A stretch of 59,719 bases of DNA, filler included, from Squatina squatina (taxonomy: Eukaryota): assembly GCA_031763465.1 (NCBI GenBank). It is 4 parts of 4 records of this genome, joined end to end, with 100 filler letters (N's around TTAATTAATTAA, not from the genome) between each part and the next. Parts side by side here need not be neighbours in the genome. Positions count along the whole stretch, not along the records: positions 1 to 15,660 come from JARFOE010000013.1; 3 more parts are not named here. The stretch is one strand, 5' to 3'. Within the stretch, counting starts at the first letter, position 1. Each line of letters starts with the position of its first letter. Of this stretch, positions 1-12,227 are shown in pieces. The translations under genes and the position numbers were made by a program. The notes below the pieces were generated by a model, which was given only the letters and a program-made list of their open reading frames with translations, was not told the DNA's origin and ran no database searches.

Positions 1-451
1 CTCTCAGATGGATGTAAAAGATCCCATGGTACTATTTTGAAAAGGTGCTGGGAAGGTCTTGTAAAGGCAGCGATAAGTGGGTGGGTGGGTTTATTTCCAA
101 CTTCTGAGTACAAACAGGGCAGTAAGGAGACAGGAATGGTGTTTATAATCTCTACTCATCAAAATATAGTCTGTAACATTCAAAAAAATTGGTGCACGGA
201 ATTGATACAGAAAGTGGAAGAAAGAAAGGAGAGAAAAAGAGAGAAAGGAGTGAGAAGAAAAGAAAGAGGAGAGATAGAGAAGGAAAAAAAGAGGATAGAT
301 AGAGAAGGAAAGAAAGAAAAAGAGCTTGCAGTAGAACTTTAACAATTACATTCACTAAATTTAAATAGTGCAAGCTTTTGTAATTTTTAGCCCTTCACTA
401 AGATTATCACTGAATAGCAAGTTGGAAAGAGGCGGAGTGTAGACTCCTTAC

Positions 452-557
452 CTGAGAGCTCTGGTGATGCACCACAACCAAGTTATCAACAACGTTCAAA
501 GCAAATTTCCCTGTGGTATTTAATTTTAATACATGCATTTTCTTACACTGTCCTTCC
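452..557 (-). CDS. RMC1: RMC1 (C18orf8/MIC1) internal exon
   Basis: CAG acceptor and GTAAG donor. Translates EGQCKKMHVLKLNTTGKFALNVVDNLVVVHHQSSQ, matching recalled RMC1 EGACKKMHILKLNRTGKFALNVVDNLVVVHHQ. Confidence 0.9.
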
Positions 558-641
558 CTGCAATTAAAATGCAAGATACATTTAGGAAATCGTTCCAAAA
601 TACAGTGCAGACTAAACGTGATCCCAATCAGCAAGTCTTAC

Positions 642-731
642 CTGGGTAAATAGTACAAGATTACTTCAGCCCCAGGATTATTGGGAGTTCTTGGTTGGTG
701 CTTCAGATAAAGGACGTAGAGTTGCCCGTAA
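642..731 (-). CDS. RMC1: RMC1 internal exon (upstream of 452-557, 84-nt intron)
   Basis: AAG acceptor and GTAAG donor. Translates YGQLYVLYLKHQPRTPNNPGAEVILYYLP(R). Phase joins correctly to the 452-557 exon. Confidence 0.9.
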
Positions 732-874
732 CTTGCGAGGAAGACAAATAAAAAAATTACAATTGCATTCTTATATTGTGGGACGAGGGACTGGTTAGCA
801 TTCTTTCACCTACAGAATGCACGGGAACTGAATAGTCAGACTCACACAGATGAGGGTCCTTGTAAATTCAAGAA

Positions 875-984
875 CAACCAGCATTTACATAGCGCCTTTA
901 ACATAGTAAAACGTCCCAAGGTGCTTCACAGGAGTGATTATTAAACATACTTTGACACCGAGCCACATAAGGGGATATTAGGGC
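875..984 (-). mobile_element. L2-type LINE 3' tail
   Basis: GCATTTACATAGCGCCTTTAACATAGTAAAACGTCCCAAGG, with related copies at about 14020, 28600, 31050 and 39480-39545 (+). Confidence 0.7.
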
Positions 985-1084
985 NNNNNNNNNNNNNNNN
1001 NNNNNNNNNNNNNNNNNNNNNNNNNNNNNNNNNNNNNNNNNNNNNNNNNNNNNNNNNNNNNNNNNNNNNNNNNNNNNNNNNNNN

Positions 1085-1598
1085 CGGAGCTCTCTAGTTT
1101 CACGGGGAAGCCTGTGGAGAGGTCACATGGGAAGCCCCAACCAATCAGTTAGGAGTATCTCTCATTCAAGCTTTGACAGTTATGACAGATCTGTCAAAAC
1201 TTGAATGAGATGAAAAACAACAGAAACACATCCAAAAACATTTTAAAAACTCTTCCAACATTAAAATGTAATAAAAAGGAGATAAATAAGACGTTTTTGA
1301 AATTTAAAAAAAATCTTTTAAAATATTTAAAAACATACTTACCTTAATAGGAATGGTTTTAAAGTAATGTATCATTAATTATATTGTGTTAATTTTTTTT
1401 ACAACTCTTACACTGGTAAAACCAAGCATATATGCTAGGTTTTACCATTCATAAAAAATGTTTTAGTTCATTGGATCTGTCAAGACAGATCTTGACAGAT
1501 AGCAAATACACTGAGCAGCCACAGATCCGGCATTTGCGATGTCTCCCCGGGTGTGTGGGAACATCTTTCCCACCCAGGTAGATCACGATTTCAGGGCC
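1085..1598. mobile_element. Non-autonomous DNA transposon (MITE-like) end with internal palindromes
   Basis: Ends in GATTTCAGGGCC, similar to other TIR-like ends in the window. Contains TGACAG..CTGTCA hairpins. Confidence 0.45.
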
Positions 1599-2128
1599 AA
1601 TGGGTGCTATTTAAATGAGTTAGCTATTTGTCTCCTTTCTTCCTCTTGCCCCACATTCTCTAGCTCTTTGTTCCCTCTTTTCCTTCTTTCTTTTCTCCCC
1701 CTACAAAAATTTTTGTTTAGTTCTACTAAAAGAGGCATTCACTTTAATCATTATAGAAGATCCTGTAATTCTAATCTGAATGGGAACCGTTTTTTTACTT
1801 GCTTGTCTCTTGTACAATCCATGTGTAACTTTTTTAATTCCCTAAGTTCTGACAGATACTCTGTCAAGCTCCCCATAAATTCTCAAAAGCAGTGTTCATT
1901 GGTTGAGAGATTAGCAACTTGCTGTGTGCAATTGATTGTAATCTCTATCCTTTTAACCACTTCAACATGAAGTCTAAATATACTGTGCCACCAAACTATA
2001 GTGTGTAAAATATAGCACAACTCCAGTCCAGTTTATTATATTGCCCATTCCCAATTCTTGGTTTGAAGTTCCTTACTTTAAATTTATCCTTTATTTTCTG
2101 AGCATCTTCTCATTCCATCTCCTTCCAG

Positions 2129-3097
<969 letters not shown>

Positions 3098-3509
3098 TTT
3101 GGTTGTGCAAAATGGCTGTTGGAATGAGCAGCTTCAATTCTTCTGTGTTGGAACTTTGTGTATTGTAGTTGTTCCAGTAACAGCTGTTCCAATTCCAAGT
3201 TTCCAGTGAGGGACCTAGTGCATTTTTTTGCATTGCTGGCGATGGGAGGAAATTTGTTATAATGGCTTGTAATGAACTTTGACTTTGAGTATCTTGTCCA
3301 CCATTGTCCTTGAATTTCCTCNNNNNNNNNNNNNNNNNNNNNNNNNNNNNNNNNNNNNNNNNNNNNNNNNNNNNNNNNNNNNNNNNNNNNNNNNNNNNNN
3401 NNNNNNNNNNNNNNNNNNNNNTGGAACTTGACTGGTGTCTCTCCTCTCTCTCCCTCGTGGGTCTGCTCCGCCGTGGGACCCTCCGCCTCCCCCACAGCTC
3501 CTGTTGACG

Positions 3510-3614
3510 TCAGCAGGCGAACTCTTCGAAGTTTCCCAGGGTGGGGTGCCGGGGCAGCATGTTGGGGGTGAACCCCATGCTGTCCGAGTGGCTCCTCAGT
3601 GTGTCGCAGGTACT
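3510..3614 (-). CDS. Acid-sensing ion channel terminal coding exon (ASIC1c/ASIC3 lineage by position)
   Basis: TCCTCCTCTTTCAG acceptor, then STCDTLRSHSDSMGFTPNMLPRHPTLGNFEEFAC-TGA. Resembles the ASIC1 end (HPARGTFEDFTC) and the ASIC2 end (LEEIAC). Not shown in the ORF track in this frame. Confidence 0.85.
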   Translation of the reverse strand, partial: STCDTLRSHSDSMGFTPNMLPRHPTLGNFEEFAC

Positions 3615-3829
3615 CTGAAAGAGGAGGAGTACAGGCGTTAGAGGCGGGTGGGGTGGTGGGGCGGGAGGAATGTACAGCGAAAACCCATCCTACTCTGAAG
3701 TGGCCAATGTCAACACATCCCTCCTGAACCACATTTTCTCATGTTTGTGTGCGTGTGTGTGTACGGGTATGTGTGCACTCCCTTTGTACATGCTTGTACG
3801 TGTGTATGCGTGCATGTGTACTTTTGTGT

Positions 3830-3965
3830 CTGACGCTGAACCACACCGTTGACAACATTGGTGTCATATTTGACCCCGAGATGAGCTTTGACCACATTAC
3901 TGCACCATCACTAAGACTGACTGTTTCCCCTCGTAACATCGCCCGTCTCGCTCTTGCCTTGGCTC
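3830..3965 (+). mobile_element. L2-like LINE ORF2 fragment, preceded by a (TG)-rich simple repeat at 3741-3830
   Basis: LNHTVDNIGVIFDPEMSF resembles the L2 'NLGVIFD' motif. Confidence 0.6.
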
Positions 3966-4076
3966 ACTCTGTGCCAGTGGCTGTGACTCTGCTCTGTTTC
4001 TCAGTTTCTTCGAGTCTTTGCTGCTGAATTCTTTTCTCAAATTGATTTTCAATCTTCTGAAATTCTCTGGACACAT

Positions 4077-4410
4077 GGACTATATTTCTGCACTGGATTA
4101 CACTGGAGTATAACACTAGGCTTCTGCACTGGACTATACTGGATGACACCACTAGGCTCCTGCACTGGACTACACTGGATTATTCCAATAGGCTCCTGCA
4201 CTGGACTATACTGGATTATACCGCTCGGCTCCTGCACTGGACTACACTGGATTATACCACTAGGCTCCTACACTGGACTTCACTGGATCATACTACTGGG
4301 CTCCTGCATTGGACTACACTGGATTATACCACTAGATTCCTGCATTGGACTACACTGGATCATACAACTAGATTCCTGCATTGGACTACACTGGATTATA
4401 TAACTAGGCC
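4077..4410. repeat. 36-bp minisatellite, about 9 copies
   Basis: Unit CTAGGCTCCTGCACTGGACTACACTGGATTATACCA. Produces the PLGSCTGLHWII repeat ORF. Confidence 0.95.
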
Positions 4411-4514
4411 CCTGNNNNNNNNNNNNNNNNNNNNNNNNNNNNNNNNNNNNNNNNNNNNNNNNNNNNNNNNNNNNNNNNNNNNNNNNNNNNNNNNNNNNNN
4501 NNNNNNNNNNNNNN

Positions 4515-4630
4515 TGATCTCATTCTTGATTAACAGAGCTGCCCCACCTCCTTTTCCTTTGTGCCTGTCCTTCCTAAATGTCGAATAACCTTGAATATTC
4601 AATTCCCAGCCTTGGTCACCCTGCAGCCAT
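4515..4630 (-). mobile_element. CR1 LINE endonuclease fragment
   Basis: Translates NIQGYSTFRKDRHKGKGGGAALLIKNEI. Confidence 0.85.
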
Positions 4631-5672
4631 AGCAGAAGAGATCAGCAGAAGCATGAATGGGAGATACCCCTACCTGATTGGTTGGGGCCTCCTATGTGAT
4701 CTCCCCAATGTATGCGAACCACATCCACTGGAGAGATCACTGGGCCACTCCAACTATGTATCTGTGGAGGCCTAGGAATGGAAGTTTTCACAGCCCCCCG
4801 GACCACAAGGTAGAGATCTTCCTGGTCGGGGGCCTCCGCACACAGGAAGCCTCTGACCAGAATTTCGGCCCAATATCAGTTCTGCCAGTGGAAGTAGAAA
4901 CTCTATTTGTTCAGATTAATCAAGATAAAATTAATAGAATAGTGTCTTGTAGATGGGTGGCTACTGGAAATTATAGGGTTTGTGCATGGGGCACGACAAA
5001 TAGAGGAGGGCACACACTGATGGGCAGCCTTGAATAGACAGGTTAAAACCTTTTCCTTGAGACTCCAAGACAAATCACTTCTGTTTGTTGTACAACTTTT
5101 GACTGGAAGCCAGGGTAGTCTGAATTACATGAGAAAGTAACGCTTTGGGCATCAACCAGCTCTTATTCAATAGTCAAGCTCAGAAAATAGATTTTAGTGA
5201 AGACATAATTACATAGTAAACAGTACACAGAAAATAACCACGTTTGATTTATTTTTCTCAAAAGAGTAAAATCCTACTAATTGACTTCTTATGGTGTTTT
5301 TACCATATCTCGGTCTGCTTTAGAAACGTTTTGGCCTTTGTGGCTTTGTAACTGCAATGCTGAGTATTCTTTCCCCAAATAGTGTGCGTATTTTTAAACC
5401 CAGCCTCAACTAACAGTCAAATTTGGCAAACCTGACAGTGAGGTTTGCCAAATTATATTCAGGCTACTAGATAGTGTGCTTGGTCCCATCTCAGGGNNNN
5501 NNNNNNNNNNNNNNNNNNNNNNNNNNNNNNNNNNNNNNNNNNNNNNNNNNNNNNNNNNNNNNNNNNNNNNNNNNNNNNNNNNNNNNNNNNNNNNNNCGAC
5601 ATGGCAGAGCTCGCGTATGAAGGATTGCCAACAGGAGCTGCTGACCACAGAACCATAGGATTTATACAGCAC

Positions 5673-6026
5673 AGAACACAAAAAAAAGAATAGGAGCAGT
5701 AGGCTATTCGGCCCCTCGAACTTGCTCCGCCATGGGACACAGTCTCAGGATAAGGGGTCGGCCATTTAGGACTGAGAGGAGAAGGAGGAATTTCTTCACC
5801 CAGAGGATGGTGAATCTTTGGAATTCTCTACCACAGAGGGCTATGGACGCTGAGTCGTTGAGTATATTCAAGGCTGAGATAGATAGATTCTTGGACTCTA
5901 GGGGAAATCGAGGGATACGGGGATCGGGCGGGAAAGTGGAGTTGAGGTCGAAGATCAGCCATGATCTCATTGAATGGCGAAGCATGCTCGACGCGTGGCC
6001 TACTCCTGCTCCTATTTCTTATGTTC
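5673..6026. mobile_element. CR1 3' end (5733-6026, +) abutting an inverted CR1 tail (5673-5733, -)
   Basis: Translates GHSLRIRGRPFRTERRRRNFFTQRMVNLWNSLPQ..FKAEIDRFL. The tail CCTACTCCTGCTCCTATTTCTTATGTTCT is mirrored at 5673-5733. Confidence 0.9.
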
Positions 6027-6117
6027 TCACCACTCTCTGAAGCGCTGTATTCAAGCACGTCAGCCCCTTCGGAGGAGCTTGGTGAGGGTGGGGAGGGGGG
6101 CCCGACTGGTGACTGAC

Positions 6118-6682
6118 CTTGTGTTTGTCAACGCAGCTGATGCCAATGAAATCTATGATGCAGCGACCGAGCCACTCGTCGGGGCGAATGCTCAGGATGT
6201 CGTTGCGACAGCTGTCCAGGTACCGCTGAAGCTTGACTAGGACACTCCGTGACATCACGTAGCCATAGCCACCGTGGCAGTAGCGGGCGTCCGGGTCGCC
6301 GCCAATGAACTCTTCCGCCCGCCCCAGGTACAGGTCCTTGTTGATGCTCAAATGGGAAATGAGAGACTTGATGCGCTCCGCCTGCGTGTACGTGTTGTCC
6401 TGCGCCAGGTAGAACCAGTCGTACTCGTTGCCAAAATGCTCGTAAATGTACTGGATGGTGCGGTACATCAGCCACACGGGCCGGTCGTCTCCATGGGAGA
6501 CTATCTGCATCCCATGTGGGATCTTGGTATTGCGGAACCCGGTAAAGTAAACCAGCCTGCTGAAGTGGTGGGCGGCTGTCCGATTAACAGAGACAGCCAA
6601 CGTGTTCAGGGTAGCCTTGGCCGTCAGCACACCAACAAACAACCGATCGCGGATTCCCAGCTCCGTATGAATGTAACGTGTC
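6118..6682 (-). CDS. CHPF2: Chondroitin polymerizing factor 2, large internal exon
   Basis: CAG acceptor, GTCAGT donor, 565 nt. Translates TRYIHTELG..VNRTAAHHF..HLSINKDLYLGRAEEFIG..RYCHGG..RPDEWLGRCII, matching recalled CHPF2. ABCF2 lies nearby. Confidence 0.93.
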
Positions 6683-7549
6683 CTGGTAAAAGAAAAATAT
6701 AGACAACTTCAAGAACCAGTGCCTGCATTTGTACTTTATTCTGGGTTTAACCACTAACATTTCAAACCTGGGTGAGGTGAATGGAATGATCAGAAATCTG
6801 ACCTGACTTTTGGGTAGTTCTTACTCCACACAAAGTTTACTGAAGCCTTTGTTCCAGATCTGTTGAGCTGACCCTTCTGCTTAATCCCTATATTTTCCAT
6901 CGTAGCTTCTGTACCAGCCGACGGAGTTGCTGTGCCCTATGACTGGGCGCTGGGTATCTGTGGAACAATGCTTACCCAAGCTGGAAATAAATAAATATTC
7001 AAGGCTTTACGATGGAAAAGAAGCAGGTTGGTGCCAACTGCTAATCTATATATTATTTAAAAATCTCGCATAAAGCTGTTACTTCCTGTGCACAAGCATT
7101 GCTTCTTGCTGTCCCAACTTTACGTCCATCGCGCTTTTCTGTCAGCATTTACCATTGTAAATTGCTATGTCAACATTTCTCATTCAATTTTTCTGCGTCC
7201 ACTGTCACGATGTAGTTGCAGCCTCTGACCACTACGTAGTGCTCAGGAGCAGGTTTCTGAAATCTGGCTCCTCCTGATGTTTGTCTCCTGGCCATTTTGT
7301 ACACGAAAAGAACCTTCATTCAACTAACTGTGGACAATGTGCCAATAATTTAAAATAGCGCAGTGCCATCAGTCACTTCTGTAAGTGGATCTCATGCCCC
7401 TTATGTGACAGAGTTGACCCAAACTGCCCAATATCTACTTATATGATGTGTAACCCAGTGGTGTAACTATAGTATGCCTTTGTGGACTGGATATTTCTCT
7501 CTTTTGCTGATCTTCCCATGATGCCTCTTGAAACTTTCATGAAAAAATA

Positions 7550-7962
7550 TGATAACCTACATCCTAGGGTTTTGAAAGAGGTGGCTACAGAGATAGTGGA
7601 TGCATTGGTTGTCATCTTCCAAAATTCCATAGATTCGAGAACGGTCCCCGCGGAGTGGAAGGTAGCAAATGTAACCCCCTACTTAAGAAAAGAGGGAGAA
7701 AGAAAACAGGGAACTATAGACCAGTTAGCCTGAGTTCAGTCATAGGCTAGAATCTTTTATTAAGGACGTGGTAACAGGGCACTTAGAAAATAATAATAGG
7801 ATTGGACAAAGTCAACACGGATTTGTTAAAGGGAAATCATGTTTGACAAAGCTGTTCGAGTTTTTTGAGGTTGTAACTAGCAGAATAGATAAGGGGGAAG
7901 CAGAGGATGTGGTGTATTTGGATTTTCAGAAGGCACTCAATAAGGTGCCACACAAGAGGTTA
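7550..7962 (+). mobile_element. CR1 LINE reverse transcriptase fragment (degraded)
   Basis: Translates LHPRVLKEVATEIVDAL..WKVANVTP and SQHGFVKGKSCLT..DVVYLDFQKA..KVPHKRL. Confidence 0.93.
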
Positions 7963-8584
7963 NNNNNNNNNNNNNNNNNNNNNNNNNNNNNNNNNNNNNN
8001 NNNNNNNNNNNNNNNNNNNNNNNNNNNNNNNNNNNNNNNNNNNNNNNNNNNNNNNNNNNNNNGCTGCGCCTGTTTGCACCAGCCATAAAATTTTCAGGCA
8101 TAATTTCTGGGCAGTTGGTGGGCAATTAGCCCAACTCTGTGCCAGCAATTAGGATTTCCAAGTTGGAACTTGACAGGTTACAAGTTGAGGATTTAGCGCA
8201 TGCGCAGTCCCGAACTTGCTGTCCATTTCAAAGACCGCAAAATCAAGGCTATTATAATTCACCAAGGTAGGCACATGGGTGTTTCTGAAAATATTATGTC
8301 ATTAAGTTTCTTTTTGCTTTATTAATTGATTAATCTGCACCACTTTCCCTTGCTACCCATTCTTGCGTGCCAAGTGGCAACTTGGCTTTTCAGCTGCTTA
8401 TTGATGAATGTGAAGACATGAATTGATGGGACCAATTGGGGTATGTGCAGTGGGTGTGTGATTAATTACAGGGCTGCTTTGGGTGAGTGAGGTGGGGCGG
8501 TGGAGGGTGCAGGGGCGGTAGCGGGGAGGGAAATGTGAGAGTTACTTTGATCCAGTGTGAATGACTAACTGAATCTTCAAGCTA

Positions 8585-9330
8585 TTAGAGCATCCCTAGA
8601 ATCCCGAGCAGCAATGTGAGCGGCTGGTCTGGCGTCGGAGGTGCCAGCTTCACCTCCTCCTCCTTGTCCTGCTCTTTGGATTTGTCTGCAGACGATGTGT
8701 GCGCAGCGCCTTGTTCCGGCTCATGCTCTAATCCTTGCTGCTGCACAATGTTGTGCAGAACACAGCACACCACGATCATCCTAGAGACCTTCTCTGGTGA
8801 TAACTGAAGGGCACACCCAGATTTGTCCAGGCACCTGAAGTGCACTTTGCACATATCGCTGGCTTGCTCGATGACACATCTGGTTGTCATATGGTTGGCC
8901 TTGTAGCGCTATTGGAGTTCATTGGTGGGTTTCCTCAGAAGTTTGAAGGGGGTATGATTTGCTTCCTGGCAGCCACCCCTTAAGGGTACTACCAGGTGTG
9001 AACAGGTCGGGATTGTTGGACTGCCGCAGTATGAAAGCAGCATGACAGCGGTCAGGAAAATTGGTGCAGACCTGCATGAATCTTTCCCTTGTGGTTGCAC
9101 ACCAGCTGAACATTGATAGAATTCAATCCCTTGCGGCTGATGAATACTCCTGGTTGATCTGGTAGTGCCTGGATTGCAACGTGTGTGCAATTGATGGTAC
9201 CATGTATCTGCGGGCAACCAGCCACAGATGTGAATCCGAGTGCCGCTCATTGTGGCTATTGTCATCACAGGGGAAGTTTACATGCCACCCAGCCCTGGCA
9301 AACAATCCATCAGTCACCTGCCGTATGCAT
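8585..9330 (-). mobile_element. Decayed PIF/Harbinger (HARBI1-like) transposase
   Basis: Translates TRCVIEQ..FRCLDKSG.ALQ.SPEKVSRMIVVCCVLHNI plus an acidic tail. Upstream pieces QVCTNFP..HAAFILRQS and GWL..KSYPL are in broken frames. Confidence 0.85.
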
Positions 9331-11024
9331 TATAGTGAGTGAAAAATATTGCTTTAAAATATCCTGTTGACAAAATGACTTTGTGAAATTACAATTATGC
9401 TACATAGCCACCCAGTGACTCAAAATTAATTCTCCTTAAAGCCCATTAAACTCCTTAAAGCCCATTAAACTTGAATTTATAAATAAGGAGAAATACTCCA
9501 ATATCTGGTCTTCCTTCATAGCCTACTGCCATTGTTGGCTGGCAGACCAGTAACATTCACCATATAACCCAATCACCGTGAAAAATGGATACATGCCTGC
9601 ACAGCAGACCGTGGAAGCTCTCAGAGCTACAACAAAGCAACTCAAAAACTCAATGGACATAAATGCAACAGGCAGTCACAGCAGTGTACATAATTACCAG
9701 TACCACTTGCCAAAACCAATCCCTGGGTCACGTCTAGGCCCCTACACGAGACTCATTCACCATCTTTCTCTATTACAGACACTGAATAATGTATGCTGTA
9801 TGAATGCATAACTACATATTGTAACTGTACAATTGTGTTGAAAAGAAATTGAATCGAATCTGATCCATTGAAAGGACAAATTCCTCCACCAGCTCAATCT
9901 GAAAACCCGGCTACGTGTCAACGTATATCCTTATACTGAGCATGCCAATATAATACCACCACTGAAGAAAAATAAATTCTCAGGTCTGGTTCAGCATTGA
10001 GTCTGCTTCTGTATTTGGTTTTCAGATGTGCATAGAAGGAAAATGCTTTCTCGCCTCAGTATGTTGTTGAAAACGGTAACAAAACTGCAGCAGCAACACA
10101 TTGAGCACACTGACAAACAAACANNNNNNNNNNGCCATGCACTGCTGTCATTTGCCCTGCTTTGTTGGGGTTGTATTAACACTTCTTAGAGCTGCGCACT
10201 GTAAGTTATGTGTACGCAGACTGCGATTAATGCTGCCTCCACCATTCACATTCCCTATTTTCTTCAGACCAAAAATAGCTGATGGTCTTGTTAGATTATC
10301 TCATTTGTTCTTAGAGAGTGTAAGTTTTAAAATCAGAGAAACAAATGTATGAATATTAGACTGGNNNNNNNNNNNNNNNNNNNNNNNNNNNNNNNNNNNN
10401 NNNNNNNNNNNNNNNNNNNNNNNNNNNNNNNNNNNNNNNNNNNNNNNNNNNNNNNNNNNNNNNNAGCAGGCTCGAGAGGCTGTATGACCGACTCCTGCAC
10501 CTAATTCTTATGTGATCACTCGTACATCTGGGCCTGGCCATTGGTGGTCCCCAACAGATTTACAAATGGCCCTCCCAGCAGAGTGCTACAGTTTGGGAAG
10601 CAGACAGTTGGAGCAGGAGTTAGTGCCACGGGGGAAAAGCTGGGAGGGTTCAACAATACATTGCGTTAACACAGCCAGCTCGCATTGAAAATGCAGACGC
10701 AGGAATTCATAAATCGAAAGCTTGATACAGAAGTGTGGCAATGGGGAGTACGGTTCTATAGACAAGATTTTTAATGCGACATATGGACGGAGAAAGGGCA
10801 GAGATGAAAAGATAAAGAAGTGCCATGGCTAACAGAGGAGCAGACTGACATGCAATCCCCACCACCACCACCCCCGCAACAGAACATGTCACAGCCTCCA
10901 GATTTTGACTAAACCACCAGCCTGTTCACTTTTCCTGAGGTGCCAAAGACCAACTTTAACCCATCCTTCAGAACTCAAACCACAACCAATACAGAAACTA
11001 GACAGGAAAGCAGCACATAGTTAC

Positions 11025-11207
11025 AGTCTTCATGGGCCAGACGCTCTGCCTCTTTCTCCAGCTCGATACGCTCCTTGTCAACCTCAACCACACAATCGAG
11101 AGGTGTTTTGTCACTGGGCGGCATCTCCCGTGTAAGGTGGTAAATGTCGATGTGTTCTGGTATCGGCAGCTCCCGGTGACCCAGAGCGGACAGTAGCATG
11201 GATTTAC
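11025..11207 (-). CDS. ABCF2: ABCF2 internal exon (first Walker A region)
   Basis: TAG acceptor and GTAAC donor. Translates [61 protein letters not shown]. Confidence 0.93.
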
Positions 11208-11857
11208 CTAGAGAGACACATACAGACAGATCAACATTAGCACCAACAAGGATCAAGGACCAATCTCTACATTTCCCCCGCCCCATGTGGTGTGGCCAAT
11301 CTGCTGGCTCCCTTTTGCTACAAGGCACAAAAGATCAACAGATATTCTGCAAAAGCATCTCTTAGGCTTCACTCAATGGGAGCCCCAGTGTTGGCCGTGG
11401 CTTAGATGGGCTGGGAAGCCCATGATGTCTGCAAGCTCTATCCCTTAGGACCCAGTACATTCAGGAATTCCAGCTTGGACCATGATGGCCAAGGGCTCCA
11501 ATTCAATGGTCTGGAAAAGTCCTGCCAAATCCCAGACTCACTGGCCTGAACGCTGAACATCTCGTCTGTTCTAGTCAGAGTGCCGGACTATGCGGCCTAC
11601 TTGGGACTCCGTGTCAAGACACGAAAAGTGGAGTCAGTGATAAACATGGGCCAACAGCCCTCTCCCAATGATTGACCACACATCACTCTGAGAGCCCTCT
11701 GATTAGACAAGCAGGACACCCATCACATTCTTGCTGCTTTTGAAAGGACTTCATAAAATGTGCTCTTACATATAATTAGCTGGCTCTTGAACAAATGGCA
11801 GCAAAATTTGGCAGCAATCAATATCTACAGGCTGACAAAGACAAAGGAATGGACTTA

Positions 11858-11945
11858 CTGGAAAAACTCAGCAGGTCAGGCAGCATCTGTTGAGAGAAAA
11901 ACAGAGACAACATTTCGGGTCGATGACCCTTCGTCAGAACTGAAA
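11858..11945 (-). mobile_element. Short dispersed Penelope-type repeat; related copies at 22826-22897, 41563-41652, 43210-43260, 53470-53544 and 56687-56804
   Basis: Shared CTGGAAAAACTCAGCAGGTCAGG(CAGCATCTG) and AAATACTGCGGATGCTGGAA segments. The Penelope assignment is inferred from the hammerhead motif. Confidence 0.65.
11905..11941 (-). ncRNA. Minimal type I hammerhead ribozyme motif (slightly decayed)
   Basis: Minus strand reads AGTT CTGACGA A GGGTC ATC GACCC GAAA TG T T GTCT: CUGANGA box, perfect 5-bp stem II, GAAA box. Confidence 0.65.
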
Positions 11946-12227
11946 AAAGCCAGAAATACAGCAAGTTTTAAAGCACTGACAGGGAAAGATATACTGGAGA
12001 GTCTGTTTTTCCAGTATGGAATCTGGACAGTTTTGCTCCTCTCACCTTTTTATTCTCCCCCTCCCCATTTTCCATTTTCCAATGAAAGAGTAAGGTTGCC
12101 ACCTTCTGCAATGCAAAGAACAGGCCTNNNNNNNNNNNNNNNNNNNNNNNNNNNNNNNNNNNNNNNNNNNNNNNNNNNNNNNNNNNNNNNNNNNNNNNNN
12201 NNNNNNNNNNNNNNNNNNNNNNNNNNN

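Noticed and set aside
37-373. Lys/Glu/Arg-rich and Phe/Ser/Leu-rich ORFs
   Set aside because: They are translations of a purine-rich low-complexity tract in an RMC1 intron.
4143-4403. Repeat-protein ORF (PLGSCTGLHWII)n, or a CRISPR-like array
   Set aside because: It is a head-to-tail 36-bp minisatellite with no unique spacers, no cas genes and no splice signals.
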